64,000 nt of DNA from Paragordius varius (lineage: Eukaryota; Animalia; Nematomorpha): assembly GCA_964247055.1 (NCBI GenBank), contig OZ176050.1, forward strand, positions 10,106,001-10,170,000, in the 5' to 3' direction. Both the position numbers and the translations under genes were made by a program. Each line of letters starts with the position of its first letter. The first letter of the stretch is position 1. Below are positions 37,791 to 51,900 of the stretch, piece after piece. The notes beneath the pieces were generated by a model. The model was given only the letters and a program-made list of their open reading frames with translations. It searched no databases and was not told where the DNA came from.

Positions 37791-38450
37791 AACAGGGATT
37801 AAAAGTTTTTTATCACAAGTTCAATACAAATTTCATCTAAAAATGATTGAAATATAACACAAACTCTCAATAATAGAAATTTAATTTGAATTAATTCTCG
37901 CTACATTTTTCAATATAATATAATATACATTTTTCACAAAAATTTTATTTTTTAAGTTCCCCGTATTTTAGATAGGTCATGATGACAAATATTGTCATAT
38001 ATAATATATATTACGCACGAATGAGATTGTATATATGTAATAAAATCTACCAACCACATTTAAAACTCAATCAATCTATCTCTAGGTAAAAAGTTGGTAT
38101 GATTTATTTTCCCCTTATTTGAACATAAAAATAAATTTTATTTTAGATTTAAAACGAACGAAATAAAAACGATGGATGGATAAATTTGATTTTTTTAAAT
38201 TTTTTTATCAATCAAAATTCTTTACACATCCTCATATTGGTATTAAATTATCAAAATAATAAATCACTATGGACACAGTATCAAATTCAACCAAATTGGT
38301 AAATAAACATGGAAAAATTTTAAATTCCTGGAGAGATATATAAATTAGATTGATTGAAGCTCAATCTAAAAGGTTTTACGTTTATTGGAAAAATAAATTA
38401 TATTAATTAAGAAATGCCAAAGACAAAATCTATCTTATAGGAAAAGCTAT

Positions 38451-38453
<3 letters not shown>

Positions 38454-38482
<29 letters not shown>
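38454..38482. repeat. (TA)n microsatellite
   Basis: Direct reading. Confidence 0.95.
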
Positions 38483-38485
<3 letters not shown>

Positions 38486-41400
38486 CACAAAGATTTGCGT
38501 TTAGGTTTTCTATGGATAAATTCATAATTTTTTCTTTAATTCGCCAATCAACTTCAAACTCTATTAAAAAAGATTCCGTTTTATGACTAAATATCGTAGA
38601 GTTACCCGTGTTTATTTTAGTTTTGCTAAGCCAAAGTTCCAATAAATTATCTGTTTTTCTACGTATCATAACAATATTGATAGTTTTAAATCACCATATT
38701 TCGAATAACCGTATTTTATATGCTAATTATAAGCCTTAATGTTTTGGAAAAAAGGATAGATTTCAAATTTTGAAAGAACTTTTAAAAAAGTAATACCACA
38801 ATAGCAAAATAATCTATTTTTCATATCGCGACAAGTCACACATACTCTTTAAAAATAGTAGTAAATCTATTATTAGACTAAAAGATAAAATACAATTTAA
38901 CAAAGGGTTATGGTGGTCGTATATCATATCACCATTTTAAAGTTTAAGTTTTATTTTTGGAAAATATAAAATCAAATTTAATAAACCTCAATTGTGAAAT
39001 TGAAATCCCTAAGCGCGTTTCACATCATATTTTTAGTTTTATTTTGTAACCAAAAAATGATAAAAAGCGCATCTCTATTAGAGATAGATGTTTATAAAAG
39101 ATAAATACGATAAAATCCTTTTTTTTCAATAACAATAAATCTGAGAGATATGTGAATGTTTGACATCATTTTCCCAAAATTTGTCATAAATTGCAAAACT
39201 CAATCCAAAAAAAAGAGTACACACACATATTGTTAAATTACTTATGTTTTTTTCCATAGAAAAGAGGTAAATATAGTGTCTCTAAAGGTAAATTAAATTT
39301 AAGGAACACAATTTACAAGATCAATCTACAAAGGGATAGTAATAATTTATTTTGCACAAAATTTATATTTTAATGGCAATTAATTTTGAAAAAAAAATTC
39401 GAGAACGCGCAAATATCTTATCTCAAGTCTAAATCATTAGTTTGTAGGCGTAACACTTTCATATTTTCTGCTATAATAATAATAATCATGTTTTTACATC
39501 TTGTAAATATAAACGATACCAAAAGATATAAATGTCACAATATATGTAATTGCATCAAATAATTTAAATTAAATTTATATAAAGGTGAGTGAATACTTTA
39601 CAATGTTTGTTGAAATAAAAAAGTACATTGATCTTTATAATGGGTAGCCAAATGTAAATGTTAAAATATATGGGGTTAACTAAGTACGTTAAAAATTATT
39701 GGGTCGATGTTTTATAGAAATACTATTACAAACTGAAAATGTATTTTCTAATCTAATCATAAAAAATGAGATTGATTTTGATGTAAAACTGGTTAATAGC
39801 GTTATTTTTTTTATTGTGAAAATCAGACATTGTTTCAAATTTCCTTCTTTATCATATTTTATGGTAAACTTGAATTCATATGCAAAAAGTTATTAAAATT
39901 GATGTAGTTTATATTGTTTAGAAATCCCAAACTAAAAAAAATTAATTTGTTAAGTTAAAAATAGTAATTTTCATCTTGCATTGTTTTGGTAAACCCCTAG
40001 TTAAATAAATATTACATATTATCTTACATATATATTATGCCAAATTCAGGGTCGAATACCTGCTTTAAGAATCTAAAAATATTGGTCACTTTATGAGTAA
40101 ATAAATTCGATAAGATTTTAAGCAGTCAGATGTTGCAAAATGGCTAAACATTGCAAGTTAATAGATAATAGTAAAATAGTCAACTAAGTTTGTGTTCAAT
40201 AAGCTTCAACATTTATATAGTAAAGCGTCCAAAAGGCAAAAAGCAGATTTTTAAAACAAAAATAAAAGTATTTTATAGAATTTAGTTAACATTGCATGGT
40301 GGTTTATAAAGATGCAAGCATCAGGTTGACTAACACTTCGCATTCGCTTCTTAATTTTGTGTTTCATGTAATTAACCCGTTCGCTATTTCAGATGGCAAA
40401 TTATATATAAATGTAATTCAAGCTTTATAATTTTATAAAAACTAAGGTGTGTATTATTATTCAATTAAAGATTCATCTATGACAGAAATACAAGGATATA
40501 ATATTTATTGACTGGTTCAGATGAAAGACTGCCATAAGCAGCCAAACTGGTCATAATTATTTAGGTGGATAATCCAATTTGATGGAGAATTTGAAAATCA
40601 AGGCTTTGAAAAGGAGTCCAGGTTCTATTTTAGCAGGAACCTTAGGTTAAGGCGAAAACAATCAGTTTTCTTGCACTGGAACCAACCCGGTTGCATTTAA
40701 TTCAAAATAACCGGTTCTTACCATTCAATAACCATCTAATTCTGGTTTTACTTTTTTGGCCTGGTTAGTAGCCCTTGTTTTCAAATGTGTCCTCGATTTG
40801 CTTATATTTTGATTTTTTGCCTTAATCTTGCATAACAATTGGATAAAGTATTTTCAAAAAATATAACTGTGGATATTGGAATGAATATAAAGCTTTTATG
40901 GAGCAAAAAATGCTTAAATGTCAAATAACTGTCCTATAAATTTTAGATGGTAAACAACTCTCCAAAAAATACAAACTGAATTGCATAAGAAGTGTGCTTG
41001 TTTATATTACAATAAAAACTGGTCAAAAAAATTGAATAAAGATTCAAATTTGTCTTGGCCATATCGAACAATGATTAATGGATAATATGGAAACTATTCA
41101 TATTGTAACTAGGTTTGAATAAATAGTTTTAGTTAGATTGAGAAGAAATGCAAGACATTTTGTAATATATCATATGTATATATGTATAGTTTTTGCAAAA
41201 AAGTGTGCTTTCGAAACATTTTATATTTATCGTCCATAAATAAATATTATTAGCAATATATAAATATATATCATGAATAAATGAATCCATAATATTTAAT
41301 CTTTCTTTAAAACTAATAAAATCAAATTTAGTATGCAACAAATATATCCATATAATAATCATATTCTGTACACATATCCATTCGTATGTGGATTCGAAGA

Positions 41401-43125
41401 TTTTTATAAAATTTTACATTTTTGTATGTATATATATATACAGTTATTTTATATGATTTTATTTTGCAAGAAAATAAAATTGTTAGCTTTAACCCATCGT
41501 CGTATATTGTACATTAATGGTACAAAAGTGGTCAGTTTCAGTTAAACAACAGTAACAAATATTTGGATAAAAAGTTATTGAATATGCATAAGAACAAATT
41601 CGTAATCCCTAAACTTCATCTAATAAAACATCATTTATATGTATACAGAGAAGTCGCAATTTATTGAATTAATATATACGGATATTATTTATTGATAGAT
41701 AGATAGATAGGTAAATGAAGAATAATTTAATCAAGTTAACATTTAATCTTTTTTTGTTAATAATATATACTCTACGATTACTTATAATTGTATTCTATAT
41801 ATTTTTAATAAGTCTATTTTTTATTTAGGCTCCTTAGAAGAAACATTCAATTTAGTAATATAATTTTATAATTCGTCGTCCAATTATATTAAGTTATGTC
41901 AAACCTCAATAAATCAATCTTATTAAATTACTCATTATTATGTAATGCAGCAAGTGCTTACTATGTTAGCCATTTGTTTATATATGGCTATTTCTACATT
42001 TTTGACAAACAAATATATTACAGTATCGTGTGTAATTGACCCATTTTTCAGAATAATTTGTTTTATAATCCATAAATATCTGTAAAAATGAATATAGAAT
42101 TTTATTTGTAAAAAAATAGGGTATTAAATACAAACTAACATCAAATATCCTTCCTATTAATGCGAAGATTAGAGCATATTGTCTTTGTTTTAAAGTATGG
42201 GTCTGCTTAACCTTGTGATAAAAATTCTCAACCATAATAGAATGTAGTAAACATCCACAAAAAAGAGGGACACTAAAAGAATCTTTCAATAGTTGGAAAA
42301 AGATCAACAAATTTCAAAATATCGTCTAATCGAGCTTAGTTAAACAAAAATCCTAAATATAAGAGTATATCTCATTCATATGTCTTTTGTAAAAAGATTT
42401 AAGTATATATTACAGTGAAAGAAAACAAAACTGATTATGCCGCATGGCGTCGTGACAAAATATGTTACCCATAAGTATATTTAATTTACAATTTTGATTA
42501 TCGTTTTCTTCGTTTCGGAACTTAATTTCTAGTTTATGAAATATAGGATGGCAATTTTAAAGAACTATTTAAACCGAATAATTTGACCAAATCTCAACCA
42601 CATTAGAAAGAAATGAAAATGTAAAAGATGTAAGCATTTAAAACAAAATATAAATTTCAAAGTAGTTAAAGATTAAACAAATTGAGAACTGTAAAACATC
42701 TTTTTATAATAACCAAAATAAATTATAATTTAAAATTAGAGTTGTTTATTACTAATTGTCGGGATAAAAATGTAAAAAAAACTTTTTTGTGTGGAAAAAA
42801 ATTCGACCAAAAAAAGAATTGACCTGTAATAGATCAGCGAAAACGGTGTATCACAAAAATGTAACATTCTTTTGGCACAAATAGCGAAAAGGGAAAAAGG
42901 TCCGCACCAAAGGTTCGAAATATCAATTTTTAATTTTATCACATAAAAATCATTAAGCCTTAAGTTAAATTTGAAAAAAATGGTAATAGAAAAAATGAGA
43001 ACATTTAAATTCTAAAAAGTGGAACATTTAATTTTTAGCCATTCCGGGGCAATATACGGTCTATCCCATTTTTGTGCGGACGGCAAATAAATCTGATTTT
43101 TTAATTTTTTTAGTAAATTTAATAG

Positions 43126-43218
43126 TAAATAGCGTATGGTATGAAAAAGTTTTTTAAACTAAATTACTGACAAAAATATAATCAATTTTAATCGTTTATT
43201 TAACCATACGCTACTGTA
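43126..43218. mobile_element. Second copy of the CAGTAGCGTATGGT MITE family
   Basis: Left end taaATAGCGTATGGT is degenerate. Right end ACCATACGCTACTGTA is identical to 35703-35718. Confidence 0.6.
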
Positions 43219-44429
43219 ATTATATAAAACCATATTAAAACACTTTTGAAATACTTAATTCTTAGAAACTCTTCTTTACAAATTGTATAAAATTCAAGAT
43301 TTATAACTGCTTTATCAGATACTCTACTTTAATAATTCATAAAAAGATTGATGGAAAAATAAAAAAATTCAAAAGAGTATATATTTTGACCTTTTATGCC
43401 GTGTTGACATAGATATGGGGCTTTGTGAATTTTTAGCTTCTGCCTACAACGAGTTTGTCTGTATTTTATTTAAGAAAACTGTATAATTCGCATCGTTTAT
43501 CTATATTTAACATATCTATTAATAATGTAATTAGAAAATTGCCATTAAAAATAAATCTATCGCAGTAGTTGTATAACCATTCCCAAAAAATTAAGTCAAA
43601 CATTTTTAAAATGATGTAAATAATTTTGTAAAGCATTTGACCAAAAAAGGTTTGAAAATGACATGAGAAAGAATCGACCTTAAAATCAGATATACAAGAT
43701 GCAAATTATACTCAAAATACTTTCTCGGTATAACAAAATCAAATTTTAAACCTAAAAAAGTAGACAAATCTAAAAAGTTAACAATTGTGTATGAGACAAA
43801 AAAATATTTCAAATTTTAATATAAGGTTTAAAATTAGTAATTATAATTGAGATTATAAAAAAGTCAATTTCTTACTTTATAAAGATAAATGTTTATCAAT
43901 TAAAAATTCTGAACGTTAAAATGATTCGATATGACCTGTCTAAAACATGATGAAAACTAATAAAAAAAAAACGGGGAAAAGTTTGACATTAAGACTTTTG
44001 TTTAAAATATCTAAAATGACATGATGGCAAACAATTTCGTTATACAGGCGAAAAGTGTCTCAACTCATGATAGACACAGGCCAGTTTGCAATTATTCATC
44101 CATCCATTTATCCTTACTTTTCTCTTCATTTGACAACAAAAATGCCTATCACATTGAATGGACAATTTTTAAAAATTCTTATCAACATTAACTGACAAAT
44201 CTATGGACAAAGTTATAGAATATTTAGAGAGACTTATAATTGTAAAAATTGGCACATTTATCATAGCAGCCCAAAGATTAATAAATCGAGCGCCAACATT
44301 ACAATAATCCCACTCTTATCAAAAAATGAGAGAAAGGTATGTATCTATTTGTGGGATTGTCACACTTCTGGGGAACTATTTATTAATATAAAAACTGCCG
44401 ATCCAAGTAAATAGATAATTAAAGCTTAC

Positions 44430-44800
44430 CTTCACCACTTAGGGGTTTTGAAAGTTGGGCCATCAAAAATTATATAACTATAATGCCACCGCAAAATTCT
44501 AACAAATAGATCGATAATACCACTGAACATATGAAGCAAAAGATGAAAATACCTGTATGCACTCAAGTAATATAACACATAAAAATCAAAGGAATTGTTT
44601 AGGTCACATCTAAAGAAAGGAGCTTTTTTTATAAAATCATCCATAATTTTAGGAAATAGTTGATGGAAAAGTTTATGTGACAGGATTATACGAGATATTG
44701 GATCAAACAAAACGCAATAATAAGAACATATGTTAGCTATTGCAAAAGACCGTAACGCATGGAAAGCTTGCATTCCACCTTCTAGGGTCGAAAAGAACTT
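44430..44800 (+). mobile_element. RTE-like LINE 3' remnant
   Basis: LRGFESWAIK near 44437, a (W)NCLGHI-like segment near 44590, and the terminal MLAIAKDRNAWKACI at 44730-44774. Confidence 0.7.
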
Positions 44801-47800
44801 ATCACCTAATCTGTCTCTAAATAATTAAGTCTCAATATTAGTTTTAATGTAAATAAATTCATCAGAAATGTATAATATTAATCTATTTTTAAATAAATGA
44901 ATCAAGAATTTTGACAAATATTATAAAACTTTTCTTTGAAATAAAGGCATAACCGCTTTACGCTTAAATTATGGTTATGATTTATTTATTTAAATAATAT
45001 TTGAAATTGTTTTTATAGCCTGAATAAATTATTTAAATCGCGACTTAAATGGCAAAAATTGATTGTTGTAATACTTATAAATATATTATTTTTTGACATA
45101 ATTTGATTGTTGCAAGTATTATTCATTTGATTTGGAAATATATGGTGGATTGTTAAAAACACTTATAAATATTTTTTGGTAACATTTAAACATTTTTTTA
45201 AAATGATTGCTAAAATGTAATATAAACACCATTTTGTTTGTTGTAATTTAAATTAGGGAATTACCATATTTTTTGTATTGTGATAATAAGTTAAGAGATT
45301 GAGGCTTAAATCGTTTTTATAAACCAGTAACCGATGGCACAATCCTTTTCCATAATCCCTTATAAACCAAATTTTTATAATGGTTGCAAACTTTCCATTT
45401 TTGAAATGTTTTCTATTTTGTTTTTGAACCATTAATACATGTTTTTAAGATATTGAAGTCATACAATAAATTTTTGTGACTGGCTGTATTTCACCTATTA
45501 AATTAAATTAAATCATCTATAAACTTGAAAAAAGGGAAGGCAATTAACCTAGTTGAACAAAATATAACAGAAAATCAGTAACATAAGAATTGACTTAAAA
45601 CTGAAACAAAAACAATCCGGTAAAATCAAAATTTGATTTTATACAATGCATCAGATTTACATCACATTGACCGCTATTGGACCCAAAATTTATGAAATTC
45701 GCCCTAAAATCTAAATTAAATATATTTATATACTAGGAACATTGGGACCTGAACAAGCTTTTTTCTAAACCATTTGTATTTTCCTCTTTAACCCTATTCA
45801 ATTTTTAATAAATAAATTATCAGACCGCAACCAAAACAATTTGGTCTAAAACAGCTTTTGACAAAAATTTTATGTGAACCTAAACCGAATTTATAAAATC
45901 GCTTAAAATTGAATCCTAAAACGGTTATGATTTAGTGTTTATGCCCATTCGAAACTGTTTTATCATTTATTAAAAATGGAACCTATATCTAGCTATTAAT
46001 ATTATAATCACATTAAATGAATAATGCTATGTTAACAAAATATTTTATTAAAAGTAAAAAGACGGTTATTTTTTGTTAGATCCAATAAATTCTTTAAAAA
46101 AACTAACATACTACATATGGATTTCCATAATAATAATAATTTTCCTGATTTAATCAGGCACAAGACATTATCAGGACATATTTGACTTATCCATATTCAT
46201 ATTTATTTATTTATTTTTAAAAAAGAGAGGACAAATTCATTAGTTTATGTGTGGCAAAGCACACACAAAAAATGATAATTTTATGGATTCATCGTATTTG
46301 ACTTATAAATATAAATATTGAATATTCATTCAGATATGATAAATTTTTACCATCAATAAATACATAATTTTTATTTTTAAAGAAGAAGGACCGTTAGATG
46401 TCACATATGAATAAATCTTTGTTGGCTTTTAAAGTGGTATATTTTGTATTGAATTAACTGGTTGCTTATGATGAAGTTATACTTAGTTACTTAAATTAAA
46501 ACCAAATATATATTCAGTATGGCTTTTTGAGACTTTTGCAATAAAGTAATAATTTTTACAGATAAATATTATTTTGCCGTTTCATGATTTATAAATAAAG
46601 AAATAATTTTTTGTATCAGTTATATTATATTTCCATAAATATATATTATCCCAAACGTTTGATAATAACATTTATGCACGTATATTTATACTAATCAGAA
46701 AAAAGTGAATATTTATAAGCGTAAGAAGATCCATACAAATTAATTTTATAATGAAACTTCAAATAACGTTTGTGTTAGCATAAATAATAACTTATAAATT
46801 GTTGGGAAAATATGGATAATTTGTTGACAAAATCTTTGTAAACTAAATATTCAAAATTAGTATCATTTTTGTAATACACACTATTTTTTGAAGAAAGTTT
46901 TTAAATTCTGGCATATGACCACAATAGTAAATACATATTTTAAAAATTAATATTAAATTTTAAATAAATTTTAATATTAGTTTTTTTTATTTATAAATTA
47001 TTCTACAATTCTGTTTAAAATGGTCAAATTTAATTTTGATATTTTAAGGGTAAAACTACCAACAACTCAACTTTACACATTTATAATTTTAAAAAAAGGA
47101 CCCTATTTTCAGAAAGGTGCATGGATGTTAGTTAATAGCCGCTGCTTATTTTTAAAAGCTCATATAGGAAAGGGCTTCTAGTTAAGGGATTCACTGTAGT
47201 TATATTATAATATGGTTGAGGAACAAAACTAAAATGCGAAACTGTATTAATTTAATAATCAAAAATTAAAAATTTGGCAGAAGCTAAGACACTAATTAAC
47301 ATGTGAGGTTCAAAAAACTAGATGAACAATTTTTAGGATTTTCCCATTTAGTTAAGAGGAAGTATACTATATAATATATAAAAAACGAAAACATATAGCA
47401 AGAGATGATTAAATGAGTAGTTTACTAGCCCAAAATTAACTCGGAATATATATGTATAAAACTAAGACCTTTAAAGTTCAAAAATAGAATCGGTTTTTAG
47501 GGAAAAAAATCGTTGTTAAACAAATTAGCGCCATTTGTGGTGGAAAAATTACAATTTTTAATATATTTTATTGAAATTTATGAAACTAAAAAGAGCAATC
47601 GTTCTGATTCAATTTATTAAAACCTTTGGCAGAACAATATCTATTGTATTAAATAATCGAAACCAATGTTAAATTAAGAAATAGGCTAGGCGCAATATCT
47701 TATCATATATAATAAAATCACTAAAATATTATATAATGATCAGCAGGCAACATTATTATAAAAAATAAAAATAATTTTATAAATTTCAATATTTTTTAGT

Positions 47801-50537
47801 AAAAGAACTGATTTTATAGTACAATACAAACATTCGTATATAATGGATTTTCCAATTAATAATTAGTTAATTTATGTAACATAAGAGTTGAATGTTATAA
47901 TTATTAAAATATTGATGCATTTATTATTAGCTAATATCAAGTATCAGTATCATGAACTTTATAAAGAAAATATTGAATCAATAAAAATATTTATAAATAT
48001 GATTAATATTATTTTTACAGGAATACTACAGATTTAAAATTAAAAATAATATTGACCTCTCCTCTGTTTCTCCTCTTATTTTCCAATATTTGGGATTTTT
48101 AATCTTAAAAACAAGCCAATATTATATAAATCTATTATTTATAAATTTATTTTTAATTATTAAAATCACCTAATTGTATTGGTATAACCTAGTTTTAAAA
48201 AAACAATTTTTATAAACATGTCGATTCTCGCCTGTAATTGTATATTGTAAAAGCCAATTAGGGATATAATCTAAGTTATACTAAGCCTTGGTTACATGCT
48301 TAAATTTCTAAAAATTGTGTACATTAGTCTCCTATTTGAATAAAAACTTATAAACGTACCTAAAAAATGTAATGTGTTAAATAATTAAAAAATTCAGAAT
48401 ATTTGAGAAAAAATATTTGAATCAATTTCATAAAAAAAGATTGAGAACATTTTGAAAACTATCAAACGTGGACGTATGAAAGAGCAAGCAAAACATTGAT
48501 ACGGATTAATAGGTAAATAAAATTCGACTGATAATGATTAAAGTATCCATTCTAATTTATTATTGCATTTATCATGTATAAATTTTTAAACAATTATAGC
48601 CAGAAAACAGAAGGGGCAACACAAAGCATGTGAAAAATCAATATCAAAAATTATGAAAGCTAAAATATTGCGCAAATTGGTGATTTTTAGCGTTGCATTC
48701 CAATTATAATAGTTAGTTATTAATTTATCAATAATGATTTTTATCTATGTCTATGGTGTCGGACTTCGCTTTTAAGCATAACTTTATTTTTAATTTAACA
48801 CATATTGCTGATAAAAAAGAGTTGTACGGAAATGTTATTTTACATTAAATTTTTTGCAACAAATAGAATATTAGTATAATAGAATATTATTATAAGGTAT
48901 ATTGTCCTGCCCATTTTTTGTTTTAAACTTCCAATTTTCTACTTCTAACCAAAAATAATTTCAAAAGGTTAAAAAAAATTCTTACAATATAGCTATTAAT
49001 CTCTAAACTATCACGGCATTTTTATTACCACTTATTTGTAGAATATAACCCTTACCTTTAAAGCTTTTTGACAAAAAAGGGACGCAATAATATGTTACAT
49101 ATATATAAAAAGTCCAATAAATTCGGTAACTAGATAATATTAAAAATCTCCAATAGCCAGTGATAAAAAATGTAATAGGTTAGATTAGACAAGGCTGTTT
49201 TCGACATATTTTGTACCATGTATAGATTGGAGTATATGTAAAAAACAATTTCGAAATTGATCAAAATAATATATAAAATAAAAAAGAATACATTGTCGTT
49301 TTTTACCCATTTTTTATATGTCCACATTTTTATATAATCCATCTATCTATCTATCTATCTATCTATTCACTAAACAGAGTTAGTTTATGTGTATGGGTTA
49401 GGGGAAAATCAATTTGGGAAAAACAATCAATATATAGAAAATATCCAAATACGAATGTAATAAAAAGCTAAACTACACTAGACTCCCCCTTTCTATTTGT
49501 AATACACATATCCATTTTATACACTATATTGGGAGAAAAAGGCCTTTTTGATTTTTTTGCTCAAAAATGCACCATTAAATTTGGAATACAATTCCGTTTA
49601 TATAAATGAAAACACTTAAAAATGGTAATTATTAATGAAAATTCGTAGATCAATTGATTTTAACATAAAATTAAAGCTTCAGATGTTCATATATGGTGTG
49701 TGAAAAAAATTCTAGAAATAGAATTAAAAATATCGAATCCTTATTATTAATTATAATATCGATAATAATAAATATTATAACATTGTAAATGTTTTTTATT
49801 CGTGCTCAATACAATTTTGACGTCTCAAGAATTTTAATTGTAAAAAATGGTAGGAAAAATTAGCTATAACATATCTATTATCTGGTGGTGAGAAAATACA
49901 TATTTAGCAAACATACATGTTTCGTATAGATTAGAAGTGATTTATAATTTTGGTGTTGTTTCAATTTTATAATTCCTCTTTCTCTCGTTATTACGAAGAA
50001 TTTGAGAGAATAATAAAAATTTATAAATATTTTTTAATTGTTTAAGTTTTAGAGAATTATTATAGATTTATTAATGCTTTAGAGCAGGCATTATTGAACT
50101 AAATATGGTTTATGATAGTTAGATAGATATATATGTGTGAGATAGTGAATGGGAAAATTTTGAATTAAAGAGTTAAAAAACGTAGAAAAAATTGAAATTT
50201 GGAAAACTATTATAACAAATAAGATTTTGAGATAAACATAGCTTATTTATGATTTTTATTAATAGACTAGCAAGAATGGTATGATAGAGATTTAAATACA
50301 GTTTATTCCCATTAAAATTCTGCAGTACGTAAACAATCGCTAATAACTATAAAACTATATTTATATGTGCTAGCATAAAAATTTTTTGAAAAATTAAAAC
50401 TTTTAAGGACAGGCTCGAAGTCTTAATAACCCTATGAATAGGAATGGCGAGTAACATTAAAAAATCAGGTTGCTATAAATTTAACCTAGATTTTTATCCA
50501 AAAAATATATTTAAATTAAAAATAAAAAATATTTTAC

Positions 50538-50600
50538 CTGATATTTGGGAAGATCAAACGATTTCCAAAAATTTATAGTTGTATTTTGGGTAGAATTCAT
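50538..50600 (-). CDS. CUX1: CUX1/CASP shared coding exon 1 (63 nt; not in the ORF track)
   Basis: Encodes MNSTQNTTINFWKSFDLPKYQ, matching the 21-aa CASP start [21 protein letters not shown]. Phase-0 donor CAG|gtaaaa at 50537. Confidence 0.88.
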
Positions 50601-51790
50601 TATAGGTCAAAAAGTGCGTGTCGTATTATTATAATTGTGCCATTTGATGTAAAACTTTCTATTGGTAAAAAACGACAAAAGTGACATTTATCATTATAAT
50701 AGGTTAGGTAGTATATGAAAAAAGAAATTCGTAATTTGAGAAGAATTCATTAATTAGATAATACAGATAAAGAGAGATTGTTTGAGGAATATATGATTTC
50801 TATTCTGAATGTCAAGGTTTTTGTTTTGGTGTCGTTTATACTTTTTTCACATCCACCGTGTATATGTATAAAGTATATGTAAAATGAATAACTATATCAC
50901 AGAATGTCTTTTTACTTTGGTGAATAATTTCCGTTATGTGTGGGACATGAAAGAGTGGTCATCATAATAAGTAACAAAATATTAAATGCAAGGTATATAA
51001 GTTATTCTCATCCAATATTTCGTTAATTAGGAACGATTATTTGGACTTGTTATCTAAAAAGAAAATCGAAAAATATGAGATAAAGGGTACAACAAATTTC
51101 AATTATACTAGTTAAGGCATAAATCAGTTATTGATAAAGCAATAATATGGGATGGTTAAATTTTAATCCGTAAAAAGTTTAACCAATGCATATTTTCTGA
51201 AATGTTAACCAAAAACGGAAAAAACATTAAATTTAATTTTTTACAAAAAATAAAACCATATTACAACACACATCTGATAAGGTGATGCATGCGCGTTAAC
51301 GTAAAGAAAAAAGGTTTTAAACTTTAATAATCTGGAGAAGGGAACAAAAAACATAAATGTAATCAGTTATTACAATAAATATATTATTATACAATGATTA
51401 TATTTAATATTTTACCTTGTTCGGATGGATGTAAGTTTTGAAAAATTAGAAGACAATAGAATATTTATATACAGCAATAAACCTTGATATTAAACAATTA
51501 AAATTTTTGGGAAGATTATATGATTCGAAAATGTAAAGCATAAACTAAAATTTATTCAAAGTATTTCGGATATTGGTAACAATTTTAAGAAAAAGAATAC
51601 ACGATAAAATTTTCCTAAATGCCGATGACAAAAAAAATAAAGGTATATATTAAAGTAAAGATTAGGATTCGGTATCAAAATTTTAAAAATTATTTAATTT
51701 TAAAATATATGCAATAAAAATTATCACAAATATTAGGTAATATTCCATTTCTGAATAATAATAATCAAAAAAAATTAATCCCTTACTTAC

Positions 51791-51900
51791 CTCTCTTTTT
51801 TACTTCCTTTCCTCCTTTTCTTACCTTTTCGAATTGAAACTCCTCCTTGTTATTGAAATATTTTTGTTCTATTCATATTCATTCAAAATATGATTTATTG
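51791..51900 (-). other. Candidate non-coding 5'UTR exon of CUX1/CASP (5' boundary unknown)
   Basis: A purine-rich block ends in a perfect donor GAG|gtaagt at 51790, with a second donor gtaaga at 51824. A polypyrimidine acceptor (cacttttgtcgttttttaccaatag|) lies at 50659, 58 nt upstream of the ATG. Confidence 0.35.

Larger units (their letters stand above)
6417..50600 (-). other. CUX1: CUX1/cut-CASP dual-product gene, whole coding span (CASP isoform ~685 aa; CUX isoform ~2292 aa)
   Basis: 24 coding exons with GT-AG boundaries. Summed CDS lengths are 1246+812=2058 nt (CASP) and 1246+5633=6879 nt (CUX); both are divisible by 3 and end in TAA. Confidence 0.92.

Noticed and set aside
41978-42310. 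Minus-strand ORF as a hAT dimerisation-domain remnant
   Set aside because: The ERSFS-type motif is not present and the resemblance is too weak.
18100-50500. Frequent ATCAAT/ATCGAT (CUT-binding consensus) in CUX1 introns suggesting autoregulation
   Set aside because: At this base composition ATCAAT is expected every few hundred bp. I cannot show enrichment without a computed background.
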